A stretch of 64,000 nucleotides of DNA, taken from NCBI GenBank assembly GCA_964016885.1, contig OZ024740.1, positions 3,472,001 to 3,536,000 of the forward strand, written 5' to 3'. Shown here piece after piece: positions 35,301-50,300 of the stretch. A program made the translations under genes and the position numbers. Numbering within the stretch: position 1 is the first letter of the stretch; the number at the start of each line of letters is the position of its first letter. The stretch comes from Eledone cirrhosa. Taxonomy: Eukaryota. Under the pieces are notes generated by a model. The model ran no database searches and was not told the origin of the DNA. It saw only the letters and a list, made by a program, of their open reading frames with translations.

Positions 35301-38300
35301 GTGAGAGTGGTGTTGTCTGACCAATACTTGATTGGTGAACACTGGTGGAATGGTGAGTGGAAGAGTGGTGTTGTCTGACCAATACTTGACTGGACACTGG
35401 TAGAATGGTGAGTGTAAGAGTGGTGTTGTCTGACCAATACTTGACTGGTGGACACTGGTAGAATGGTGAGTATAAGAGTGGTGTTGTCTGACCAATACTT
35501 GACAGTTGGACACTGGTAGAATGGTGAGTATAAATGTGGTGTTGTCTGACCAATACTTGACTGGACACTGGTGGAATGGTAAGTGTAAGAGTGGTGTTGT
35601 TTGACCAATACTTGACAGGTCGACACTGGGAGAATGGTGAGTATATGAGTGGTGTTGTCTGACCAATACTTGACGGGACACTGGTGGAATGGTGAGTGTA
35701 AGAGTGGTGTTGTCTGACCAATACTTGACTGGTGGACACTGGTGGAATGGTGAGTGTAACAGTGGTGTTGTCTGACCAGTACTTGACTGGTGGACACTGG
35801 TAGAATGGTGAGTGTAAGAGTGGTGTTGTCTGAACAATACTTGACTGGTGGACACTGGTGGAATGGTGAGTATAAGAGTGGTGTTATCTGACCAGTACTT
35901 GACGGGACACTGAGAGAATGGTGAGTGTAAGAGTGGTGTTGTCTGACCAGTACTTAACAGGACACTGGTAGAATTATGAGTATAAGAGTGGTGTTGTCTG
36001 ACCAATACTTGACAGGTGGACACTGGGAGAATGGTGAGTATATGAGTGGTGTTGTGTGACCAATACTTGACTGGTGGACACTGGTGGAATGGTGAGTGTA
36101 AGAGTGGTGTTGTCTGACCAATACTTGACTAGTGGACACTGGTGGAATGGTGAGTATAAGAGTGGTGTTGTCTGACCAATACTTGAATGGTGGACACTGG
36201 TGGAATGGTGAGTGTAAGAGTGGTGTTGTCTGACCAATACTTGACTGGTGGACACTGGTAGAATGGTGAGTGTAAGAGTGGTGTTGTCTGACCAATACTT
36301 GACAGGTGGACACTGGGAGAATGGCGAGTGTAAGACTGGTGTTGTCTGACCAATACTTGACTGGTGGACATTGGAGGAATGGTGAGTGTAAGAGTGGTGT
36401 TGTCTGACCAATACTTGACTGGTGGACACTGGTGGAATGGTGAGTGTAAGAGTGGTGTTGTCTGACCAATACTTGACAGGTGGACACTGGGAGAATGGCG
36501 AGTGTAAGAGTGGTGTTGTGTGACCAATACTTGACTGGACATTGGAGGAATGGTGAGTGTAAGAGTGGTGTTGTCTGACCAATACTTGACTGGTGGACAC
36601 TGGTGGATGGGTGAGTGTAAGAGTGGTGTTGTCTGACCAATACTTGACTGGTGGACACTGGTGGAATGGTGAGTGTAAGAGTGGTGTTATCTGACCAGTA
36701 CTTGACGGGACACTGATAGAATGGTGAGTGTAAGGGTAGTGTTGTCTGACCATTACTTAACAGGACACTGGTGGAATGGTGAGTGTAAGTGCGGTGTTGC
36801 CTGACCAGTACTTAACTGGACACTGGTAGAATGGTGAGTGTAAGAGTGGTGTTGTCTGACCAGTACTTGACTGGTGGACACTGGTGGAATGGTGAGTGTA
36901 AGAGTGGTGTTGTCTGACCAATACTTGACTGGTGGACACTGGTGGAATGGTGAGTATAAGAGTGGTGTTGTCTGACCAGTACTTGACTGGTGGACACTGG
37001 TGGAATGGTGAGTGGAAGAGTGGTGTTGTCTGACCAATACTTGACTGGACACTGGTGGAATGGTGAGTGTAAGAGTGGTGTTGTCTGACCAATACTTGAC
37101 TGGTGGACACTGGTAGAATAGTGAGTATAAGAGTGGTGTTGTCTGACCATTACTTGACAGTTGGACACTGGTAGAATGGTGAGTATAAATGTGGTGTTGT
37201 CTGACCAATACTTGACTGGACACTGGTGGAATGGTGAGTGTAAGAGTGGTGTTGTTTGATCAATATTTGACTGGTGGACACTGGTGGAATTATGAGTTTA
37301 AGAGTGGTGTTGTCTGACCAATACTTGACAGGTGGACACTGGTAGAATGGTGAGTATAAGAGTGGTGTTGTCTGACCAGTACTTGACTGGACACTGCTGG
37401 AATGGTGAGTGTAAGAGTGGTGTTGTCTGACGAATACATGACAGGTGGACACTGGGAGAATGGTGAGTATATGAGTGGTGTTGTCAGACCAATACTTGAC
37501 GGGACACTGGTGGAATGGTGAGTGTAAGTGTGGTGTTGTCTGACCAATACTTGACTGGTGGACACTGGTGGAATGGTGAGTGTAAGAGTGGTGTTGTGTG
37601 ACCATTACTTGACTGGTGGACACTGGTAGAATGGTGAGTGGAAGAGTGTTGTTGTCTGACCAATACTTGAATGGACACTGGTGGTATGGTGAGTGTAAGA
37701 GTGGTGTTGTCTGACCAATACTTGACTGGTGGACACTGGTAGAATGGTGAGTATAAATGTGGTGTTGTCTGACCAATACTTGACTGGACACTGGTGGAAT
37801 GGTGAGTGTAAGAGTGGTGTTGTTTGATCAATATTTGACAGGTGGACACTGGTAGAATTATGAGTATAAGAGTGGTGTTGACTGACCAATACTTGACACG
37901 TGGACACTGGTAGAATGGTGAGTATAAGAGTGGTGTTGTCTGACCAACACTTGTCAGGACACTGGTAGAATGGTGAGTGTAAGAGTGGTGTTGTCTGACC
38001 AATACTTGACAGGTGGATACTGGGAGAATGGTGAGTATATGAGTGGTGTTGTCTGACCAATACTTGACTGGTGAACACTGGTGGAATGGTGAGTGGAAGA
38101 GTGGTGTTGTCTGACCAATACTTGACTGGACACTGGTAGAATGGTGAGTGTAAGAGTGGTGTTGTCTGACCAATACTTGACTGGTGGACACTGGTAGAAT
38201 GGTGAGTATAAGAGTGGTGTTGTCTGACCAATACTTGACAGTTGGACACTGGTAGAATGGTGAGTATAAATGTGGTGTTGTCTGACCAATACTTGACTGG

Positions 38301-41300
38301 ACACTGGTGGAATGGTAAGTGTAAGAGTGGTGTTGTTTGACCAATACTTGACAGGTCGACACTGGGAGAATGGTGAGTATATGAGTGGTGTTGTCTGACC
38401 AATACTTGACGGGACACTGGTGGAATGGTGAGTGTAAGAGTGGTGTTGTCTGACCAATACTTGACTGGTGGACACTGGTGGAATGGTGAGTGTAACAGTG
38501 GTGTTGTCTGACCAGTACTTGACTGGTGGACACTGGTAGAATGGTGAGTGTAAGAGTGGTGTTGTCTGAACAATACTTGACTGGTGGACACTGGTGGAAT
38601 GGTGAGTATAAGAGTGGTGTTATCTGACCAGTACTTGACGGGACACTGAGAGAATGGTGAGTGTAAGAGTGGTGTTGTCTGACCAGTACTTAACAGGACA
38701 CTGGTAGAATTATGAGTATAAGAGTGGTGTTGTCTGACCAATACTTGACAGGTGGACACTGGGAGAATGGTGAGTATATGAGTGGTGTTGTGTGACCAAT
38801 ACTTGACTGGTGGACACTGGTGGAATGGTGAGTGTAAGAGTGGTGTTGTCTGACCAATACTTGACTAGTGGACACTGGTGGAATGGTGAGTATAAGAGTG
38901 GTGTTGTCTGACCAATACTTGAATGGTGGACACTGGTGGAATGGTGAGTGTAAGAGTGGTGTTGTCTGACCAATACTTGACTGGTGGACACTGGTAGAAT
39001 GGTGAGTGTAAGAGTGGTGTTGTCTGACCAATACTTGACAGGTGGACACTGGGAGAATGGCGAGTGTAAGACTGGTGTTGTCTGACCAATACTTGACTGG
39101 TGGACATTGGAGGAATGGTGAGTGTAAGAGTGGTGTTGTCTGACCAATACTTGACTGGTGGACACTGGTGGAATGGTGAGTGTAAGAGTGGTGTTGTCTG
39201 ACCAATACTTGACAGGTGGACACTGGGAGAATGGCGAGTGTAAGAGTGGTGTTGTGTGACCAATACTTGACTGGACATTGGAGGAATGGTGAGTGTAAGA
39301 GTGGTGTTGTCTGACCAATACTTGACTGGTGGACACTGGTGGATGGGTGAGTGTAAGAGTGGTGTTGTCTGACCAATACTTGACTGGTGGACACTGGTGG
39401 AATGGTGAGTGTAAGAGTGGTGTTATCTGACCAGTACTTGACGGGACACTGATAGAATGGTGAGTGTAAGGGTAGTGTTGTCTGACCATTACTTAACAGG
39501 ACACTGGTGGAATGGTGAGTGTAAGTGCGGTGTTGCCTGACCAGTACTTAACTGGACACTGGTAGAATGGTGAGTGTAAGAGTGGTGTTGTCTGACCAGT
39601 ACTTGACTGGTGGACACTGGTGGAATGGTGAGTGTAAGAGTGGTGTTGTCTGACCAATACTTGACTGGTGGACACTGGTGGAATGGTGAGTATAAGAGTG
39701 GTGTTGTCTGACCAGTACTTGACTGGTGGACACTGGTGGAATGGTGAGTGGAAGAGTGGTGTTGTCTGACCAATACTTGACTGGACACTGGTGGAATGGT
39801 GAGTGTATGAGTGGTGTTGTCTGACCAATACTTGACTGGTGGACACTGGTAGAATAGTGAGTATAAGAGTGGTGTTGTCTGACCATTACTTGACAGTTGG
39901 ACACTGGTAGAATGGTGAGTATAAATGTGGTGTTGTCTGACCAATACTTGACTGGACACTGGTGGAATGGTGAGTGTAAGAGTGGTGTTGTTTGATCAAT
40001 ATTTGACTGGTGGACACTGGTGGAATTATGAGTTTAAGAGTGGTGTTGTCTGACCAATACTTGACAGGTGGACACTGGTAGAATGGTGAGTATAAGAGTG
40101 GTGTTGTCTGACCAGTACTTGACTGGACACTGCTGGAATGGTGAGTGTAAGAGTGGTGTTGTCTGACGAATACATGACAGGTGGACACTGGGAGAATGGT
40201 GAGTATATGAGTGGTGTTGTCAGACCAATACTTGACGGGACACTGGTGGAATGGTGAGTGTAAGCGTGGTGTTGTCTGACCAATACTTGACTGGTGGACA
40301 CTGGTGGAATGGTGAGTGTAAGAGTGGTGTTGTGTGACCATTACTTGACTGGTGGACACTGGTAGAATGGTGAGTGGAAGAGTGTTGTTGTCTGACCAAT
40401 ACTTGAATGGACACTGGTGGTATGGTGAGTGTAAGAGTGGTGTTGTCTGACCAATACTTGACTGGTGGACACTGGTAGAATGGTGAGTATAAATGTGGTG
40501 TTGTCTGACCAATACTTGACTGGACACTGGTGGAATGGTGAGTGTAAGAGTGGTGTTGTTTGATCAATATTTGACAGGTGGACACTGGTAGAATTATGAG
40601 TATAAGAGTGGTGTGGACTGACCAATACTTGACACGTGGACACTGGTAGAATGGTGAGTATAAGAGTGGTGTTGTCTGACCAACACTTGTCAGGACACTG
40701 GTAGAATGGTGAGTGTAAGAGTGGTGTTGTCTGACCAATACTTGACAGGTGGATACTGGGAGAATGGTGAGTATATGAGTGGTGTTGTCTGACCAATACT
40801 TGACGTGACACTGGTGGAATGGTGAGTGTAAGAGTGGTGTTGTCTCACCAATACTTGACTGGTGGACACTGGTGGAATGGTGAGTGTAAGAGTGGTGTTG
40901 TCTGAACAATACTTGACTGGTGGACACTGGTGGAATGGTGAGTATAAGAGTGGTGTTGTCTGACCAATACTTGACAGGACACTGAGAGAATGGTGAGTGT
41001 AAGAGTGGTGTTGTCTGACCAATACTTGACTGGTGGACACTGGTGGAATGGTGAGTGTAAGAGTGGTGTTTTCTGAAAAATACTTGACTGGTGGACACTG
41101 GTGGAATGGTGAGTGTAAGAGTGGTGTTGTCTGAACAATACTTGACAGGTGGACACTGGTGGAATGGTGAGTATAAGAGTGGTGTTATCTGACCAGTACT
41201 TGACAGGACACTGAGAGAATGGTGAGTGTAAGAGTGGTGTTGTCTGACCAGTACTTGACTGGTGGACACTGGTGTAATGGTGAGTGTAAGAGTGGTGTTG

Positions 41301-44300
41301 TCTGACCAATATGTGACTGGTGGACACTGGTGGAATGGTGTGTATAAGAGTGGTGTTGTCTGACCAGTACTTGACTGGTGGACACTGGAGGAATGGTGAG
41401 TGTAAGAGTGGTTTTGTCTGACCAGCACTTGACTGGTGGACACTGGTGGAATGGTGAGTGTAAGAGTGGTCTTGTCTGACCAGTACTTGACTGGTGGACA
41501 CTGGTGGAATGGTGAATGTAAGAGTGGTGTTGTCTGACCAATACTTGACTGGTGGACACTGGTGGAATGGTGAGTGTAAGAGTGGTGTTGTCTGACCTAT
41601 ACTTGACTGGTGGACACTGGTGGAATGGTGAGTATAAGAGTGGTGTTGTCTGACCAATACTTGACTGGTGGACACTGGTGGAATGGTGAGTGTAAGAGTG
41701 GTTTTGTCTGACCAATACTTGACTGGTTGACACTGGTAGAATGGTGAGTATGAGAGTGGTGTTGTCTGACCAATACTTGACTGGTGGACACTGGTGGACA
41801 CTGGTGGAATGGTGAATGTAAGAATGGTTTTGTCTGACCAATACTTGACTGTTGCACACTGGTGGAATGGTGAGTGTAAGAGTGGAGTTATATGACCAAT
41901 ACTTGACTGGTGGACACTGGTGGAATGGTGAATGTAAGAGTGGTGTTGTCTGACCAATACTTGACTGGACACTGGTGGAATGGTGAGTGTAAGAGTGGTG
42001 TTGTCTGACCAATACTTGACAGGTGGACACTGGGAGAATGGTGAGTATATGAGTGGTGTTGTCTGACCAATACTTGACGGGACACTGGTGGAATGGTGAG
42101 TGTAAGAGTGGTGTTGTGTGACCAATACTTGACTGGTGGACACTGGTGGAATGGTGAGTGTAAGAGTGGTGTTGTCTGACCAATACTTGACTAGTGGACA
42201 CTGGTGGAATGGTGAGTATAAGAGTGGTGTTGTCTGACCAGTACTTGACTGGTGGACACTGGTGGAATGGTGAGTGTAAGAGTGGTGATGGGTGACCAAT
42301 ACTTGATTGGACATTGGAGGAATGGTGAGTGTAAGAGTGGTGTTGTCTGACCAATACTTGAATGGTGGAATGGTGAGTGTAAGAGTGAAGTTGTCTGACC
42401 AGTACTTGACTGGACACTGGTGGAATAGTGAGTGTAAGAGTGGTGTTGTCTGACCATTACTTGACTGGTGGACACTGATGGATTGGTGAGTGTAAGAATG
42501 GTGTTGTCTGACCAGTACTTGACTGGTGGACACTGGTGGAATGGTGACTGCAAGAGTGGTGTTGTCTGACCAGTACTTGACTGGTGGACACTGGTGGAAT
42601 GGTGAGTGTAAGAGTGGTGTTGTCTGACCAGTACTTGACTGGTGGACACTGGTGGAATGGTGAATGTAAGCATGGTGTTGTCTGACCAATACTTGACTGG
42701 TGGACACTGGTGGAATTGGGAGTGTAAGAGTGGTTTTGTCTGACCAATACTTGACTGCTGGACACTGGTAGAATGGTGAGTATAAGAAATGTTTTGTCTG
42801 ACCAATACTTGACTAGTGCACACTGGTGGAATGGTGAGTGTAAGAGTGGTGTTATCTGATCAATATTTGACAGGTGGACACTGGTAGAATGGTCAGTATA
42901 AGAGTGGTGTTGTCTGACCAGTACTTGACAGGTGGACACTGGGAGAATGGTGAGTATAAGAGTAGTGTTGTCTGACCAATACTTGACGGGACACTGGTGG
43001 AATGGTGAGTGTAAGAGTGGTGTTGTCTGATCAATATTTGACAGGTGGACACTGGTAGAATGGTGAGTATAAGAGTGGTGTTGTCTGAACAGTACTTGAC
43101 TGGACACTGGTGGAATGCTGAGTGTAAGAGTGGTGTTGTCTGACGAATACTTGACAGGTGGACACTGGGAGAATGGTAGTGTAAGAGTGGTGTTGTCTGA
43201 CCAATACTTGACTGGTGGACACTGGTGGAATTGTGAGTGTAAGAGTGGTGTTGTGTGACCATTACTTGACTGGTGGACACTGGTGGAATGGTGAGTGTAA
43301 GAGTGGTGTTGTCTAACCAGTACTTGACTGGTGGACACTGATGGAATGGTGAGTGTAAGAGTGGTGTTGTCTGACCAGTACTTGACTGGTGGACACTGGT
43401 GGAATGGTGAATGTAAGCGTGGTGTTGTCTGACCAATATTTGACTGGTGGACACTGGTGGAATGGTGAGTGTAAGAGTGGTTTTGTCTGACCAATACTTG
43501 ACTGGTGCACACTGGTAGAATGGTGAGTATAAGTGTGGTGTTGTCTGACCAATACTTGACAGTTGGACACTGGGAGAATGGTGAGTATAAGAGTGGTGTT
43601 GTCTGACCAATACCTGACGGGACACTGGTGGAATGGTGAGTGTAAGAGTGGTGTTGTCTGATCAATATTTGACAGGTGAACACTGGTAGAATGGTGAGTA
43701 TAAGAGTGGTGTTGTCTGACCAGTACTTGACTGGACACTGGTGGAATGGTGAGTGTAATAGTGGTGTTGTCTGATCAATATTTGACAGGTGGACACTGGT
43801 AGAATGGTGAGTATAAGAGTGGTGTTGTCTGAACAATACTTGACTGGTGGACACTGGTGGAATGGTGAGTATAAGAGTGGTGTTATCTGACCAGTACTTG
43901 ACGGGACACTGAGAGAATGGTGAGTGTAAGAGTGGTGTTGTCTGACCAATACTTTACTGGTGGACACTGGTGGAATGGTGAGTGTAAGAGTGGTGTTGTC
44001 TGACCAGTACTTGACTGGTGGACACTGGTGGAATGGTGAGTGTAAGAGTGGTGTTGTCTGACCAGTACTTGACTGGTGGACACTGGTGGATTGGTGAGTG
44101 TAAGAGTGGTGTTGTCTGACCAATACTTTACTGGTGGACACTGGTGGAATGGTGAGTGTAAGAGTGGTGTTATCTGACCAGTACTTGACGGGACACTGAT
44201 AGAATGGTGAGTGTAAGAGTGGTGTTGTCTGACCAGTACTTAACTGGACACTGGTAAAATGGTGAGTGTAAGAGTGGTGTTGTCTGACCAGTACTTGACT

Positions 44301-47300
44301 GGTGGACACTGGTGGAATGGTGAGTGTAAGAGTGGTCTTGTCTGACCAGTACTTGACTGGTGGACACTGGTGGAATGGTGAATGTAAGAGTGGTGTTGTC
44401 TGACCAATACTTGACTGCTGGACACTGGTAGAATGGTGAGTGTAAGAGTGGTGTCATCTGACTTATAATTGACTGGTGGACACTGGTGGATTGGTGAGTG
44501 TAAGAGTGGTGTTGTCTGACCAATACTTTACTGGTGGACACTGGTGGAATGGTGAGTGTAAGAGTGGTGTTATCTGACCAGTACTTGACGGGACACTGAT
44601 AGAATGGTGAGTGTAAGAGTGGTGTTGTCTGTCCAATACTTGACGGGACACTGGTGGAATGGTGAGTGTAAGAGTGGTGTTGTCTGACCAGTACTTAAAT
44701 GGACACTAGTAGAATGGCGAGTGTAAGAGTGGTGTTGTCTGACCAGTACTTGACTAGTGGACACTGGAGGAATGGTGAGTGTGAGAGTGGTGTTGTCTGA
44801 CCAATACTTGACTGGTGGACACTGGTGGAATGGTGAGTGTAAGTGCGGTGTTGCCTGACCAATACTTGACTGGACACTGGTGGAATGGTGAGTGTAAGAG
44901 TGGTGTTGTCTGACCAATACTTGACTGGTGGACACTGGTAGAATGGTGAGTATAAGAGTGGTGTTGTCTGACCAATACTTGTCAGGACACTGGTAGAATG
45001 GTGAGTGTAAGAGTGGTGTTGTTTGATCAATATTTGACAGGTGGACACTGGTAGAATGGTGAGTATAAGAGTGGTGTTGTCTGACCAATACTTGTCAGGT
45101 CGACACTGGGAGAATGGTGAGTATATGAGTGGTGTTGTCTGACCAATACTTGACGGGACACTGGTGGAATGGTGAGTGTAAGAGTGGTGTTGTCTGACCA
45201 ATACTTTACTGGTGGACACTGCTGGAATGGTGAGTGTAAGAGTGGTGTTATCTGACCAGTACTTGATGGGACACTGATAGAATGGTGAGTGTAAGAGTGG
45301 TGTTGTCTGACCAGTACTTAACAGGACACTGGTGGAATGGTGAGTGTAAGAGTGGTGTTGTCTGACCAGTACTTAACTGGACACTGGTAGAATGGTGAGT
45401 GTAAGAGTGGTGTTGTCTGACCAGTACTTGACTGGTGGACACTGGTGGAATGGTGAGTGTAAGAGTGGTCTTGTCTGACCAGTACCTGACTGGTGGACAC
45501 TGGTGGAATGGTGAATGTAAGAGTGGTGTTGTCTGACCAATACTTGACTGCTGGACACTGGTAGAATGGTGAGTGTAAGAGTGGTGTCATCTGACTTACA
45601 ATTGACTGGTGGACACTGGTGGAATGGTGAGTATAAGAGTGGTGTTGTCTGACCAATACTTGACTGGTGGACACTGGTGGAATGGTGAGTGTAAGAGTGG
45701 TGTCATCTGACCTATACTTGACAGGTGGACACTGGGAGAATGGTGAGTGTAAGAGTGGTGTTGTCTGACAAATACTTGACGGGACACTGGGAGAATGGTG
45801 AGTGTAAAAGTGGTGTTGTCTGACCAATACTTGACAGGTGGACACTGGGAGAATGGTGAGTGTAAGAGTGGTGTTGTCTGTCCAATACTTGACTGGTGCA
45901 CTCTGGTGGAATGGTGAGTGTAAGAGTGGTGTTGTCTGACCAATACTTGACGGGACACTGGTGGAATGGTGAGTGTAAGTGTGGTGTTGTCTGTCCAATA
46001 CTTGACTGGTGGACACTGGTGGAATGGTAAGTGTAAGAGTGGTGTTGTCTGATCAATATTTGACAGGTGGACACTGGTAGAATGGTGAGTATAAGAGTCG
46101 TGTTGTCTGACCAATACTTCACTGGTGGACACTGGTAGAATGGTGAGTATAAGAGTGGTGTTGTCTGACGAATACTTGACTGGACACTGGTGGAATGATG
46201 AGTGTAAGAGTGGTGTTGTCTGACCAATACTTGACTGGTGTACACTGGTAGAATGGTGAGTATAAGAGTGGTGTTGTCTGACCAATACTTGACTGGACAC
46301 AGGTGGAATTTTGAGTGTAAGAGTGGTGTTGTCTGACCAATACTTGACTGGTGGACACTGGTGGAATGGTGAGTGTAAGAGTGGTGTTGTCTGATCAATA
46401 CTTGACTGGTGGACACTGCTAGAATGGTGAGTGTAAGAGTGGTGTTGTGTGACCAATACTTGACTGGGCATTGGAGGAATGGTGAGTGTAAGAGTGGTGT
46501 TGTCTGACCAATACTTGACTGGTGGACACTGGTGGATGTGTGAGTGTAAGAGTGGTGTTGTCTGACCAATACTTGACTGGTGGACACTGGTGGAATGGTG
46601 AGTGTAAGAGTGGTGTTATCTGACCAGTACTTGACGGGACACTAATAGAATGGTGAGTGTAAGGGTGGTGTTGTCTGACCATTACTTAACAGGACACTGG
46701 TGGAATGGTGAATGTAAGTGTGGTGTTGTCTGACCAGTACTTAACTGGACACTGGTAGAATGGTGAGTGTAAGAGTGGTGTTGTCTGACCAGTACTTGAC
46801 TGGTGGACACTGGTGGAATGGTGAGTGTAAGAGTGGTGTTGTCTGACCAATACTTGACTGGTGGACACTGGTGGAATGGTGAGTATAAGAGTGGTGTTGT
46901 CTGACCAGTACTTGTCTGGTGGACACTGGTGGAATGGTGAGTGTAAGAGTAGTTTTGTCTGGCCAGTACTTGACTGGTGGACACTGGTGGAATGGTGAAT
47001 GTAAGAGTGGTGTTGTTCGACCAATACTTGACTGGTGGACACTGGTGGAATGGTGAGTGTAAGAGTGGTGTCGTCTGACCTATACTTGACTGGTTGACAC
47101 TGGTGGAATGGTGAGTATAAGAGTGGTGCTGTCTGAGCAATACTTGACGGGTGGACACTGGTGGAATGGTGAGTGTAAGAGTGGTTTTGTTTGACAAATA
47201 CTTGACTGGTGGACACTGGTGGAATGGTGAGCGTAAGAGTGGTTTTGTCTGACCAATACTTGACTGGTTGACACTGGTAGAATGGTGAGTGTGAGAGTGG

Positions 47301-50300
47301 TGTTGTCTGACCAATACTTGACTGGTGAACACTGGTGGAATGGTGAGTGGAAGAGTGGTGTTGTCTGACCAATACTTGACTGGACACTGGTAGAATGGTG
47401 AGTGTAAGAGTGGTGTTGTCTGACCAATACTTGACTGGTGGACACTGGTAGAATGGTGAGTATAAGAGTGGTGTTGTCTGACCAATACTTGACAGTTGGA
47501 CACTGGTAGAATGCTGAGTATAAATGTGGTGTTGTCTGACCAATACTTGACTGGACACTGGTGGAATGGTAAGTGTAAGAGTGGTGTTGTTTGACCAATA
47601 CTTGACAGGTCGACACTGGGAGAATGGTGAGTATATGAGTGGTGTTGTCTGACCAATACTTGACGGGACACTGGTGGAATGGTGAGTGTAAGAGTGGTGT
47701 TGTCTGACCAGTACTTGACTGGTGGACACTGGTAGAATGGTGAGTGTAAGAGTGGTGTTGTCTGAACAATACTTGACTGGTGGACACTGGTGGAATGGTG
47801 AGTATAAGAGTGGTGTTATCTGACCAGTACTTGACGGGACACTGAGAGAATGGTGAGTGTAAGAGTGGTGTTGTCTGACCAGTACTTAACAGGACACTGG
47901 TAGAATTATGAGTATAAGAGTGGTGTTGTCTGAACAATACTTGACAGGTGGACACTGGGAGAATGGTGAGTATATGAGTGGTGTTGTGTGACCAATACTT
48001 GACTGGTGGACACTGGTGGAATGGTGAGTATAAGAGTGGTGTTGTCTGACCAATACTTGACTGCTGGACACTGGTAGAATGGTGAGTGTAAGAGTGGTGT
48101 CATCTGACTTATAATTGACTGGTGGACACTGGTGGATTGGTGAGTGTAAGAGTGGTGTTGTCTGACCAATACTTTACTGGTGGACACTGGTGGAATGGTG
48201 AGTGTAAGAGTGGTGTTATCTGACCAGTACTTGACGGGACACTGATAGAATGGTGAGTGTAAGAGTGGTGTTGTCTGTCCAATACTTGACGGGACACTGG
48301 TGGAATGGTGAGTGTAAGAGTGGTGTTGTCTGACCAGTACTTAAATGGACACTAGTAGAATGGCGAGTGTAAGAGTGGTGTTGTCTGACCAGTACTTGAC
48401 TGGTGGACACTGGTGGAATGGTGAGTGTAAGAGTGGTGTTGTCTGACCAATATGTGACTGGTGGACACTGGTGGAATGGTGAGTATAAGAGTGGTGTTGT
48501 CTGACCAGTACTTGACTGGTGGACACTGGAGGAATGGTGAGTGTAAGAGTGGTTTTGTCTGACCAGTACTTGACTGGTTGACACTGGTAGAATGGTGAGT
48601 GTGAGAGTGGTGTTGTCTGACCAATACTTGACTGGTGGACACTGGTGGAATGGTGAGTGTAAGTGCGGTGTTGCCTGACCAATACTTGACTGGACACTGG
48701 TGGAATGGTGAGTGTAAGAGTGGTGTTGTCTGACCAATACTTGACTGGTGGACACTGGTAGAATGGTGAGTATAAGAGTGGTGTTGTCTGACCAATACTT
48801 GTCAGGACACTGGTAGAATGGTGAGTGTAAGAGTGGTGTTGTTTGATCAATATTTGACAGGTGGACACTGGTAGAATGGTGAGTATAAGAGTGGTGTTGT
48901 CTGACCAATACTTGTCAGGACACTGGTGGAATGGTGAAGGTAAGAGTGGTGTTGTCTGACCAATACTTGACAGGTCGACACTGGGAGAATGGTGAGTATA
49001 TGAGTGGTGTTGTCTGACCAATACTTGACGGGACACTGGTGGAATGGTGAGTGTAAGAGTGGTGTTGTCTGACCAATACTTTACTGGTGGACACTGCTGG
49101 AATGGTGAGTGTAAGAGTGGTGTTATCTGACCAGTACTTGATGGGACACTGATAGAATGGTGAGTGTAAGAGTGGTGTTGTCTGACCAGTACTTAACAGG
49201 ACACTGGTGGAATGGTGAGTGTAAGAGTGGTGTTGTCTGACCAGTACTTAACTGGACACTGGTAGAATGGTGAGTGTAAGAGTGGTGTTGTCTGACCAGT
49301 ACTTGACTGGTGGACACTGGTGGAATGGTGAGTGTAAGAGTGGTGTTGTCTGACCAATACTTGACTGGTGGACACTGGTGGAATGGTGAGTATAAGAGTG
49401 GTGTTGTCTGACCAGTACTTGTCTGGTGGACACTGGTGGAATGGTGAGTGTAAGAGTGGTTTTGTCTGGCCAGTACTTGACTGGTGGACACTGGTGGAAT
49501 GGTGAATGTAAGAGTGGTGTTGTTCGACCAATACTTGACTGGTGGACACTGGTGGAATGGTGAGTGTAAGAGTGGTGTCGTCTGACCTATACTTGACTGG
49601 TTGACACTGGTGGAATGGTGAGTATAAGAGTGGTGCTGTCTGAGCAATACTTGACGGGTGGACACTGGTGGAATGGTGAGTGTAAGAGTGGTTTTGTTTG
49701 ACAAATACTTGACTGGTGGACACTGGTGGAATGGTGAGCGTAAGAGTGGTTTTGTCTGACCAATACTTGACTGGTTGACACTGGTAGAATGGTGAGTGTG
49801 AGAGTGGTGTTGTCTGACCAATACTTGACTGGTGAACACTGGTGGAATGGTGAGTGGAAGAGTGGTGTTGTCTGACCAATACTTGACTGGACACTGGTAG
49901 AATGGTGAGTGTAAGAGTGGTGTTGTCTGACCAATACTTGACTGGTGGACACTGGTAGAATGGTGAGTATAAGAGTGGTGTTGTCTGACCAATACTTGAC
50001 AGTTGGACACTGGTAGAATGGTGAGTATAAATGTGGTGTTGTCTGACCAATACTTGACTGGACACTGGTGGAATGGTAAGTGTAAGAGTGGTGTTGTTTG
50101 ACCAATACTTGACAGGTCGACACTGGGAGAATGGTGAGTATATGAGTGGTGTTGTCTGACCAATACTTGACGGGACACTGGTGGAATGGTGAGTGTAAGA
50201 GTGGTGTTGTCTGACCAGTACTTGACTGGTGGACACTGGTAGAATGGTGAGTGTAAGAGTGGTGTTGTCTGAACAATACTTGACTGGTGGACACTGGTGG